From Burkholderiaceae bacterium (GTDB taxonomy: Bacteria > Pseudomonadota > Gammaproteobacteria > Burkholderiales > Burkholderiaceae_D), in NCBI GenBank assembly GCA_040399905.1, contig JBBARG010000008.1, positions 40,650 to 104,649 on the forward strand: a DNA stretch of 64,000 nucleotides, read 5' to 3'. A model generated the notes under the pieces. The model was not told the origin of the DNA. It worked only from the letters and a program-made list of their open reading frames with translations, and made no database searches. Made by a program: the position numbers and the translations under genes. Below, one piece after another: positions 35,467 to 48,755 of the stretch (position 1 is its first letter; the number at the start of each line of letters is the position of its first letter).

Positions 35467-36258
35467 TTAGCTTAATTCATTGTGATAATGGTGATCCGCT
35501 GTCACATATAGTGCGCGCCGCACTTCGACTGGCTTATCGCCATAGGTGTAGGACACCCGGTCGACGCTCAGCAACGGCACACCTACTTCTATTTTCAGCA
35601 TCTCGGCCGCGGCTGCATCGGCCGACACGGCACGCAATTTTTCTGATGCGCGAATCATCTGTGTGCCGAACTCGGCTTCAAACAAGCCGTACATCGGGCC
35701 TTTATATTCCACCAGACGTTCAGCAGTCAGTCCTTTGAAAATGGCGCCAGGCAGCCAGATCTCTTCGAGGATGGTTGGAATGCCGTCAAAAAACTGCACG
35801 CGCTTGATGAAGATGACGGAATCGCCCGCCTTAATGTCGAGAACGCGCGTGACCTCGGCCGGACCGCGCATGCGTTTGACTTCGATAATATGATTTTCAG
35901 GCTGGTGCGCTTCGCCAGCGTCTGGCATCAGGCGCAGAAAACGAAATTGCACACGCGCTTCATGATGGGTCGCGACAAAAGTGCCCTTGCCCTGACGACG
36001 GATCACCAGATTTTCGGCGGACAATTCATCAATGGCTTTTCTGACGGTGCCCTGACTGACTTTGAATCGATACGCGAGTTCGACTTCGCTCGGAATCAAC
36101 TCACCCGGCTTCCATTCACCGGATTGCAAGCTCTGCACGATCAACGATTTGATCTGCTGGTAAAGCGGGCTGAAAGTCGGCGAATTGACAACAACGACAG
36201 GCGTACCGGTGGCGGCAGGCGTGTTCAGATTGGCAGTTGGCGAAACGGTTTGACTCAT
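35467..36258 (-). CDS. GntR/HutC-family transcription factor (TCA-cycle regulator, SdhR-like)
   Basis: wHTH PLYQQIK...PSEVELA..FKVSQGTVRKA..RRQGKGTFV plus UTRA domain; between mdh and sdhC. Confidence 0.88.
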   Translation of the reverse strand: MSQTVSPTANLNTPAATGTPVVVVNSPTFSPLYQQIKSLIVQSLQSGEWKPGELIPSEVELAYRFKVSQGTVRKAIDELSAENLVIRRQGKGTFVATHHEARVQFRFLRLMPDAGEAHQPENHIIEVKRMRGPAEVTRVLDIKAGDSVIFIKRVQFFDGIPTILEEIWLPGAIFKGLTAERLVEYKGPMYGLFEAEFGTQMIRASEKLRAVSADAAAAEMLKIEVGVPLLSVDRVSYTYGDKPVEVRRALYVTADHHYHNELS

Positions 36259-36312
36259 AGCTGCTAATTTCACCATAATTCACCCATTTCCGTCCAGAAA
36301 ATTTAGCAGTAA

Positions 36313-36332
36313 TATGTCTTATATAAGATATA
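36313..36332. promoter_or_regulatory. Palindromic operator, probably for the adjacent GntR regulator
   Basis: TATGTCTTATATAAGATATA with a perfect 12-bp core TCTTATATAAGA, in the divergent gntR/mdh intergenic region. Confidence 0.65.
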
Positions 36333-36446
36333 AGATGATCGTTGACAGCTTGAGTGTACAAGCCTAAACTCGCGAGCAAAGTTTCCAGCACTTCACGATT
36401 TCCCCGTCTTTTCTTTTGATTACTTTGACTACTTTGGAGATTCAAC

Positions 36447-37436
36447 ATGGCTAAAGCCCCAATGCGCGTTGCTGTCACCGGCGCTGCCGGTCAGATCGGC
36501 TACTCTTTATTGTTCCGTATTGCCAATGGCGACATGCTTGGCAAAGACCAGCCTGTGATCCTGCAATTGCTGGAAATCCCGGACGAAAAAGCGCAGAAGG
36601 CCTTAAAAGGCGTGATGATGGAAATCGACGACTGCGCATTCCCGCTGCTGGCCGGCATGACTGCCCACGCTGATCCGATGACGGCATTTAAAGATATCGA
36701 CGTCGCGCTGCTGGTTGGTGCTCGTCCACGCGGCCCGGGCATGGAGCGCAAGGACCTGCTCGAAGCCAATGCGCAAATCTTCACCGTGCAAGGCAAGGCG
36801 CTCGACGCTGTCGCTTCACGCAATGTGAAGGTTCTGGTCGTCGGCAACCCAGCCAACACCAACGCCTTCATCGCCATGAAATCGGCACCGAACCTGCCAG
36901 CGAAAAATTTCACCGCCATGCTGCGTCTGGACCATAACCGCGCTCTGTCGCAAATCGCTGCCAAGACCGGCAAACCAGTTTCGTCTATTGAAAAGCTGTG
37001 CGTGTGGGGCAATCACTCCCCTACCATGTACGCTGACTATCGCTTCGCCACCATTGACGGCAAATCCGTCAAGGAAAGCATCAACGACGAAGCATGGAAC
37101 AAGGACGTGTTCCTGCCGACGGTTGGCAAACGCGGCGGCGCCATCATTGAAGCGCGTGGCCTGTCGTCAGCAGCATCGGCTGCCAACGCAGCGATCGACC
37201 ATATCCATGACTGGGTTCTGGGCACCGCCGGCAAATGGACCACGATGGGCATTCCATCAGATGGTTCGTATGGCATTCCTAAAGACACCATGTTCGGCTT
37301 CCCTGTCACCACCGAAAACGGTGAGTACAAAATCGTTCAAGGCCTGGAAATTGATGCATTCTCGCAAGAGCGCATCAACCTGACTCTGAAAGAACTGACT
37401 GAAGAGCGTGACGGCGTCAAGCACCTGCTGCCGTAA
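36447..37436 (+). CDS. mdh: Malate dehydrogenase
   Basis: [31 protein letters not shown] and WGNHS. Confidence 0.98.
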   Translation: MAKAPMRVAVTGAAGQIGYSLLFRIANGDMLGKDQPVILQLLEIPDEKAQKALKGVMMEIDDCAFPLLAGMTAHADPMTAFKDIDVALLVGARPRGPGMERKDLLEANAQIFTVQGKALDAVASRNVKVLVVGNPANTNAFIAMKSAPNLPAKNFTAMLRLDHNRALSQIAAKTGKPVSSIEKLCVWGNHSPTMYADYRFATIDGKSVKESINDEAWNKDVFLPTVGKRGGAIIEARGLSSAASAANAAIDHIHDWVLGTAGKWTTMGIPSDGSYGIPKDTMFGFPVTTENGEYKIVQGLEIDAFSQERINLTLKELTEERDGVKHLLP

Positions 37437-37450
37437 TTCGTTTTAGTCTG

Positions 37451-37483
37451 GTGGCAGATACGCAAGTATCTGCCACTTTCTTT
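37451..37483 (+). terminator. Hairpin/terminator after mdh
   Basis: GTGGCAGATAC-GCAA-GTATCTGCCAC followed by TTTCTTT. Confidence 0.75.
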
Positions 37484-37517
37484 GTTACCTTCACCACCAG
37501 ATTCCTTCCCCTCCTTC

Positions 37518-38489
37518 ATGCATCCGTCCGAGGTTTTGTTTCAGGGTACGCAGCAGCCGATTTCGATTCCGGCCTGCGACCACTATGCCGGCTCGGAAAA
37601 ACTGATGCATAAGTCGATGGCCCTGCAACAGCAGATGGGCCCCGTATTCGATATCACCTTTGACTGTGAAGACGGCGCTGCCGCCGGCAATGAAGCCGCG
37701 CATGCGCAATTGGTCGCGAACCTGATCGCCAGTGCTGACAATCAGCATGGCCGCATCGGTGCGCGCGTGCATGATGTGGGCAGCCCGTATTTCGAGCAGG
37801 ACGTAGAGCTGATCTGCGCGACGGCGGCTACCCGCTTAGCCTATCTCGTCATTCCCAAAGTGGACGGCGTAGCGCAATTGCGCGCTGCCATCGCAGTCGT
37901 AAAGCGCCACGCGCAAGCGGCGGGCCGCAGCGACCTGCCGATTCATGTACTCATAGAAACCCATGGCGCGCTGCATGAAGTGTGGGATATCGCCGCGCTA
38001 CCCGAAGTGGAATGCCTGTCCTTCGGCATTATGGATTTCGTCTCTGCGCACTACGGCGCAGTACCCGGTGCCGCAATGCAAAGCCCGGGACAGTTTGCGC
38101 ACCCGTTGATAGCGCGCGCCAAATTAAAGATTGCTGCGGCCTGTCATGCTCACGGCAAAATTGCCTCGCATAATGTGACGACGGCAATTCGGGATTTGTC
38201 GGTGGTTGCCAACGACGCTGCACGTGCAGCGAATGAATTTGCTTTTACCCGGATGTGGAGTATTCATCCGGATCAGATTGTGCCGATACTGGCGGCATTT
38301 ACGCCCGCTGAAGAAGAAGTCGGCATCGCTATCGAGATTCTCGCTGCAGCACAGGCGCTGCAATGGGGCCCGATACAACACCACGGTAAGCTGCACGACC
38401 GGGCCAGCTACCGTTATTACTGGACGATATTACAAAAAGCCAGACGCAGTGGACAGGCCTTACCGCAGAAAGCCGCCAGTCTGGTTTAG
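37518..38489 (+). CDS. HpcH/HpaI aldolase / citrate lyase beta (CitE-like) protein
   Basis: DCEDGA, LVIPK, LIETHGAL, SFGIMDF and WSIHPDQI motifs. Confidence 0.85.
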   Translation: MHPSEVLFQGTQQPISIPACDHYAGSEKLMHKSMALQQQMGPVFDITFDCEDGAAAGNEAAHAQLVANLIASADNQHGRIGARVHDVGSPYFEQDVELICATAATRLAYLVIPKVDGVAQLRAAIAVVKRHAQAAGRSDLPIHVLIETHGALHEVWDIAALPEVECLSFGIMDFVSAHYGAVPGAAMQSPGQFAHPLIARAKLKIAAACHAHGKIASHNVTTAIRDLSVVANDAARAANEFAFTRMWSIHPDQIVPILAAFTPAEEEVGIAIEILAAAQALQWGPIQHHGKLHDRASYRYYWTILQKARRSGQALPQKAASLV

Positions 38490-38517
38490 CAGGAATTTCG
38501 GCGAGGAGACTAGCCGC

Positions 38518-38850
38518 ATGAAAAACGCATGGAAAGTTGTACTTTGCATAGCCGCATTAGTGAGCGTGCAAAAACAGGCAGCAGCAACGGAGCTGGTCTG
38601 CGAATTAGGTCAGCGGATGGCGATGCGGGGCGACGAAAAAGTCGATAGCGTCATCGAACTGATCTGGCAGGGACAACGCTACAACTTGCAGCGGGTGGCC
38701 ACCAGTACAGGCGCCAACCGCTTCGAAGATAGCAGCAGCGGGCTGGTGTGGATAGGCATACCGGCCAAGGGCATGTTACTGGATGCCCGCCACGGCAGGC
38801 CGCTGGCGAATGAATGCAGGACAGCCGCACAGGGGCGGCTGGCAAGGTAA
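38518..38850 (+). CDS. Hypothetical periplasmic protein (MliC/PliC-like beta-barrel possible)
   Basis: GAGGAG RBS, signal peptide, two cysteines, TSTGANRFED..SGLVWI motif. Confidence 0.65.
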   Translation: MKNAWKVVLCIAALVSVQKQAAATELVCELGQRMAMRGDEKVDSVIELIWQGQRYNLQRVATSTGANRFEDSSSGLVWIGIPAKGMLLDARHGRPLANECRTAAQGRLAR

Positions 38851-38937
38851 CAAAAAAGATGAGCAGCGCAAAGCTACTAAGCGCTGCTCATCGATAAAAG
38901 ATTTTTTAATTTCGGTAAACAAAAACAAGGAGAGCAC

Positions 38938-41649
<2,712 letters not shown>

Positions 41650-41657
41650 GTCTGACT

Positions 41658-41687
41658 CTGGCCGACAGAAATGCCGGCCAGTTTATT
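41658..41687 (+). terminator. Probable terminator after acnA
   Basis: CTGGCCG...CGGCCAG followed by TTTATT. Confidence 0.55.
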
Positions 41688-41717
41688 CATTAAAACAAGT
41701 TTTATGCGGAGACAAGT

Positions 41718-41918
41718 ATGTGGAAAATTCTAGTAGCCTTCATCATTTTTGCAGCAGTCGCGTTGACTCTCGTCTTTAACATGGGCGACAAGATCGACAT
41801 GCAAGGTGAGTCGGCCGGCCATGAAATTTCTGCCGAAACCAAGGCACCGGCAGCACCGGCGGACGCACCAGCACCAGCAGCACCAGCAGCACCAGCGGCA
41901 GAAGCAGAAAAGAAATAA
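41718..41918 (+). CDS. Small single-TM protein with Ala/Pro-rich tail
   Basis: GGAG RBS; hydrophobic N-terminus, GDKIDMQGE, APAAP repeats; followed by a terminator. Confidence 0.7.
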   Translation: MWKILVAFIIFAAVALTLVFNMGDKIDMQGESAGHEISAETKAPAAPADAPAPAAPAAPAAEAEKK

Positions 41919-41947
41919 GCGGTCTGTCTGCGCTCTGCCTGAGTTCG

Positions 41948-41972
41948 AAAGCGCGGCTTGCCGCGCTTTTTT
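41948..41972 (+). terminator. Intrinsic terminator
   Basis: AAAGCGCGGC-TT-GCCGCGCTTT followed by TTT. Confidence 0.8.
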
Positions 41973-42047
41973 ATTCTGCGGCTGTATTGAGTCGATGGAT
42001 GCCGTATCCTATAAACTCTTGTTTTTGTATCATTCAAATAAAGACCG

Positions 42048-43297
42048 CTATGCGCCGTTCGCCCAAGACCCCTTCCCGCAAATTTTCTGCCGACAGCCAG
42101 CGTCTGGCGACACTGGCACAGTCACTGGTGCAAGCAGCCAGCCGGATCGAACAACGCAATTGGGAAAACCGGCTAGACAGCGCCCTGGAAAAGCTCTTGA
42201 GCGGCAACCAGCAGTTGTTGATCGATAGCGCGCTCGACCATTTGTTTCATACCGATCTGGCGGCCTATGACGGCTTGCTCGATGCCGTCGAGGCAAACAG
42301 TGCCAGCTGTGCGATCACGCATGAAGGCCAGCAGCATGATGCACTGCTGATGGCAATACCGATACTGGCCTGGACACGCTTTTCCATACCAGCCGGCCCG
42401 ATATCAGAAGAACTGCAGCAAACCATTACTGCGCATTTGCACGGCCATGTGCTGGCAGCCGATGCGCGTGCTGCGGTAGCGCCAATGCTGTTCGCCATCG
42501 ACCAGCTGCCGCGCAGCTATTGCGATACTTACTTACTGACCCACCGCATGGCGCAAGCGGCACTGTCCGGCATGGCTTTGCAGATGCCCACTGACTTGCC
42601 CGAGACGGCTCCCTTTCTTGCCGATACACGCTTCGTGCTGCTGACCGTGACGGCACCGGCCGGCACGCCTTTGCTGCGCTGGCAGGAAGAGGCATCTGGC
42701 ACCAATCTGCTAGCCAGCACGCAGGCAGTGCTGGCCCAATGGCAGGCGCAGGCCGGCCCCAACCTGCAGCGTCTATTCCCGGGCTGCGGCACCGAACTGC
42801 TGCTGCCGGAGGCGTACTACGTCGCCTGCCGTGATGCAGATAAAAAGATACGCCCGGTCTCCATACGCGCCGCTGTTCATTACCTGACGTATGCGTTAAC
42901 AATAGAAGCCGCTCAGATCGCCGCCGTCGTTGCCGGCTTCGGCGAAGAAAACAATGACATGGGCATTGATGAATACCGCATCAGCTTTACCGTCGCAGAT
43001 AATCCCGATGTATTTTATGGCGTGGTCTGGCCGCTGTATGACGAAGAAAGCGGCGAGGACGAGATGCAAGCCATGCCGCTCAGAAGACCAGCCGCCGCTG
43101 CGCCGGTGTCACCGCTGCAGCAGATCGTCAGCCTGCTGCGCGAAGCCGGCATCACCCGCATTACCAAGCCAGAAATTTTGTTCACGCCGGAATTCTGCGA
43201 CGACTGCGGCGCTCCGCTGTTTTGCGATCATGCTGAAGAACTGGTGCATGCTGAAATGCCGGAAGACACGCCGCAATCTGGTACGCATTTACATTAA
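42048..43297 (+). CDS. Conserved hypothetical protein (DUF2863-like)
   Basis: Long ORF with a C-terminal FCDDCGAPLFC...H metal-binding motif; family recalled, not verified. Confidence 0.65.
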
Positions 43298-43681
43298 CCA
43301 AGGCTGAACAAAAGCAAACCAGCCTCCGAGCAAAAACACACCAACGCTACCCAGATAAATACGCAAAGATAGTTGTCTCGTTCTGAGGCAGTTTTCTCGC
43401 AGCTTGATGTCTAGCGGACACGGCGCGTTTCTGCCGCGCCATTGCAAGTAACCGCTCAAGCTCAGCATCAACCCGGCAAACATAAAGACGACAGCTTTGT
43501 TCTCACTGAGCCAGACGATGTCTGGGAAAAAAGAAATCAGCGAAGACAAGCTGGCGCCCGCACCTATTGCCACTAGCAGCGCCGGTAAGGCACAACAGAC
43601 CAGCGTGCCGGAACTGGCAAACAAGCTGATTACGCTGGCAAACAAATTATTGGTAGGTTCGGCGACGTAATCCGATTTCAT
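43289..43681 (-). CDS. MerT/MerF-like inner-membrane metal transporter
   Basis: Cys pair in the first TM segment (TLVCCALPALL), three hydrophobic segments, second Cys pair CPLDIKLRENC in a loop. Confidence 0.7.
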   Translation of the reverse strand: MKSDYVAEPTNNLFASVISLFASSGTLVCCALPALLVAIGAGASLSSLISFFPDIVWLSENKAVVFMFAGLMLSLSGYLQWRGRNAPCPLDIKLRENCLRTRQLSLRIYLGSVGVFLLGGWFAFVQPWLM

Positions 43682-44004
43682 TTCTTCGCCCCGCTTTCCA
43701 CCTTGAATTCAGCCACCGTTTTGGTGATGGATTCTGTTTTGACGACGTCATAGCCAGCGTCCTTGATTTCGGCCGCGATGGCAGCTTCGTTCAATGCCGA
43801 TCCTTCCTTACTTTCGACCACGACTATTTTTTTCTTCAAATCGACAAACACGGCTTTTGTTTCAGTCATTTTCGAAAGACGCTTTTCTATGCCTTGCGCG
43901 CAAAATGCGCAGACCATTCCGTTGACGGTTACTTTCATGCTCGATGCTGCCCATGTTACTGAGCTTGCGAAGATCAGGCTCAAAGCCAATATGATTTTTT
44001 TCAT
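43678..44004 (-). CDS. Periplasmic heavy-metal-associated (HMA, MerP/CopZ-like) protein
   Basis: Signal peptide plus VNGMVCAFCAQGIEK (GMxCxxC). Confidence 0.88.
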   Translation of the reverse strand: MKKIILALSLIFASSVTWAASSMKVTVNGMVCAFCAQGIEKRLSKMTETKAVFVDLKKKIVVVESKEGSALNEAAIAAEIKDAGYDVVKTESITKTVAEFKVESGAKK

Positions 44005-44016
44005 TTCATGCTCCAC

Positions 44017-44667
44017 TTAAAATATGTACATAAAATTAAACCGCGCTTGTCCTGAACCATTCATGCCCGCCTCAACGAAGTAGCGGTTATGGATGAGCCT
44101 GAGCATTGGCGTGATTTCGTTTTTGTCTGACACAAAGCTCATGCGTCTCGCTTCAAGAATGAACCAGGGCTGGATTTCGTCGTAGTTCACTTCATAAAAA
44201 GAAAAGCCGGCGCGGGCCGAGACTATCGAATCATGAATAGCCTGCCCCTGATACGTTCTGGCATTGGCCGACAAATAAACGCGCGTGGTTTCATAATCAA
44301 CTTGCACGCCCGGCGAGGCAGTCAACTTCGCGGCAGACAAGCCAGACATCGTGGATTCACCAATGCCACCGATGAACCAGATATTGGCCTGTGCGTCTGG
44401 CATGTTCCATCGCTTGAGCAAGCGGGTATAGGTCAACTCGTTATTGTCGAAAGTGTGATGCTTGTCTTCCGAGCGCATCATGATGCTGGTGACGCCTAGC
44501 GCATCGCGCGATGTGAGAGCTTTATTGACTGTCAGTTCACGATAATTCGGGGTGTATTCACCCATCGTCATCCAGCTGCCCTTGAAACCCATAGGGGCAG
44601 CACGCACAGTAAAAGCTAGTCCGCAAAGAATCGGCAGCAGAATAAGCCGCATTAATGTTGACGTCAT
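44017..44667 (-). CDS. Hypothetical exported protein, probable small outer-membrane beta-barrel
   Basis: Signal peptide, alternating hydrophobic beta-strand patterns, C-terminal aromatic FNFMYIF. Confidence 0.6.
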   Translation of the reverse strand: MTSTLMRLILLPILCGLAFTVRAAPMGFKGSWMTMGEYTPNYRELTVNKALTSRDALGVTSIMMRSEDKHHTFDNNELTYTRLLKRWNMPDAQANIWFIGGIGESTMSGLSAAKLTASPGVQVDYETTRVYLSANARTYQGQAIHDSIVSARAGFSFYEVNYDEIQPWFILEARRMSFVSDKNEITPMLRLIHNRYFVEAGMNGSGQARFNFMYIF

Positions 44668-44963
44668 TTGCGCTTCTCCAGCGCAGTTACTTCTAGCGCG
44701 CCGTCTTTGATGACAACTTGAAAGCGTACTTTTTCGCCTGCCTGAAATTCTTTGAGAGGTACATCCTTAGCAACATCAAACAGCATCGTCATGCCCTCCA
44801 TGCCAATGCTGTTGATGCGCTCGTGATTAAGGACTATACGCAAGCGCTCCGGCTCGACTTTTTTGATCTCTGCTTTAACCCATTCTGTTTCAGCCCATGC
44901 CGGCAGCGCGAGTGCCATGATTGCCGCGTATGCAAATACGCAAGCAACAAGAATTTTTTTCAT
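44664..44963 (-). CDS. CusF-like periplasmic Cu(I)/Ag(I) chaperone
   Basis: Signal peptide; HERINSIGMEGMTMLF (His/Met/Met ligands, Met at the Trp position); GEKVRF OB-fold motif. Confidence 0.85.
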   Translation of the reverse strand: MKKILVACVFAYAAIMALALPAWAETEWVKAEIKKVEPERLRIVLNHERINSIGMEGMTMLFDVAKDVPLKEFQAGEKVRFQVVIKDGALEVTALEKRK

Positions 44964-45038
44964 GATTTTTCCTTGAAAGTTAGCATCCAATAAATCGATA
45001 TCTCCTGCAAAAAAACAGGCGGATTTTGGGTATGAAAC

Positions 45039-45407
45039 TTAAGGAATCGGTGGTTTCGAGAAGTGCGCGAGATCGGCGCTGATAAAAGATCTGCCGCTGA
45101 CTTCAGGGATCAGACTTTGATTTATAGAGGGGAAAAACAAAATTCCGGAATGGGAAAAACCGAAGGACATGCAGAGCTGACAAGCCTTGCAAGAAGATTT
45201 TCCTGATTTGGCACCAATGTCGTGCCGACCTTGCGCCGACTGGCTTTTCATCATGGGACAGTCGTCCATCATGGCAGCATCATCTTGTTCGGAAACCTGC
45301 ATGCTCATGCTGGCCGGCTGCACTACTTGAAAATTCATGCTTTCTGCTGCCCACAAACGCAGAGGCAGAGTTATAAGAAGCAGTAGCAATGTTGATTTCC
45401 TGAACAT
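45039..45407 (-). CDS. CopL/DUF2946/CutF-like Cys-rich leader protein
   Basis: Signal-like N-terminus, Met-rich middle, CKACQLC motif, C-terminal FSKPPIP; first gene of the metal operon. Confidence 0.65.
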   Translation of the reverse strand: MFRKSTLLLLLITLPLRLWAAESMNFQVVQPASMSMQVSEQDDAAMMDDCPMMKSQSAQGRHDIGAKSGKSSCKACQLCMSFGFSHSGILFFPSINQSLIPEVSGRSFISADLAHFSKPPIP

Positions 45408-45525
45408 GAGCTGGAATTTATCACGCTGTATCTTTTCGTGCTGATGAGTACAGATTCTTTGCATCAGATCGCTTATTTGCGTTGAACCGCCACCGCGCCT
45501 GGAAGGATTTGCAGGACCTGCTCTC

Positions 45526-45534
45526 TGATATAAT
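45526..45534 (+). promoter_or_regulatory. Extended -10 promoter element for tRNA-Pro
   Basis: TG-A-TATAAT ending 11 nt before the tRNA. Confidence 0.6.
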
Positions 45535-45545
45535 TCGCAACTAGT

Positions 45546-45622
45546 CGGGGCGTAGCGCAGCCTGGTAGCGTACTTGCATGGGGTGCAAGGGGTCGAGTGT
45601 TCGAATCACTCCGTCCCGACCA
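45546..45622 (+). tRNA. tRNA-Pro (GGG)
   Basis: 77-nt cloverleaf CGGGGCG...; anticodon arm CTTGC-AT-GGG-GT-GCAAG; TTCGAATC T-loop; encoded CCA. Confidence 0.96.
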
Positions 45623-45991
45623 TAAATATGCCGGCATAATCAAGCGCCTTTTCAAGCGTGTAGTGGATTATTTTGCTTGGCTACCTTACGGCTGGAAAAT
45701 CCACCGTCAGAGGAATCCGCAATAAAAATAACCAAGAAATAATAATCGACGCCAGCGTGAAGCTTAAAATTTCCTGTGCCTGATTAAAAAGCTGAATTCA
45801 AGCATGCGCCATGTCAGCCAAAGCATCTATATTGGCCACTTCGTGATCCGTCGCTGACCGAACCCGTAATTAGTTAATCAAGACACATCAGGGCGGTTTC
45901 GCTCAAGTTGCGAAACGCCCCTTGGCCTGTCGGCAAAAGTACTGGATCAGCAGCAAAGTGCTGCTGCAGGTTCCAGTGCTTCTACATCCTG

Positions 45992-48184
<2,193 letters not shown>

Positions 48185-48755
48185 TTATTGCTCCTTATGT
48201 TGCAGGTAAGCGGCGATCAACTGAAAGACTCAGGGTCTTGTTCATGGATAACGCCAGCAGTGTTGAAACAGGTTTAGCGGACTCGATGGAGGTAGCTAAA
48301 CAGCTTGCCTTCCTAATGCGCGAGCGGGAGGAAGGCGAGAGTTTCTAGCCAGCTTGGATGATTGATCTGATGCGCTTTCATTTGAGCTCCAAAAGTGTTG
48401 AGAAAGAAAGTACGCTTTGACTTTAACTTAAACTATCAACATATGAAAATTGATTGTTTAAATATATGGGATAGGAGAAATCTTATGCGGCGGGGTCTAT
48501 GCAGGGATGTCTGGTCCAAATTTTTGCCCCTGCGTGCGCTTGATCTTGAATTGGATGTAATTCTTGTGTGAATCATCCCCACTCACAACACGACAATTAT
48601 CTCTGGTGCGGGGTGTATCAATTTTCAATTGCCGACCTGTGTCGATTTACAGGCACGGGTAACCCTGCACTCAACAAAGAAAAAATCTCACCAGACCGGA
48701 GGAGAAAAGAACGGTCTGGCGAGCAGGCAAAACCTTCACAACAATTAGAGTCGCA

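Noticed and set aside
43289-44004. Mercury resistance (mer) operon
   Set aside because: No merA, merR or merD nearby, and the neighbours are copper-type; kept as a Mer-like system of unknown metal.
45623-45900. Integrase remnant or small membrane ORF after the tRNA
   Set aside because: The short frames have no RBS or recognisable motif.
48430-48490. OxyR site upstream of katG
   Set aside because: The best match (ATAA-N8-CTAT on the minus strand) deviates in spacing from ATAG-N7-CTAT and the region is AT-rich; plausible but not supportable by eye.
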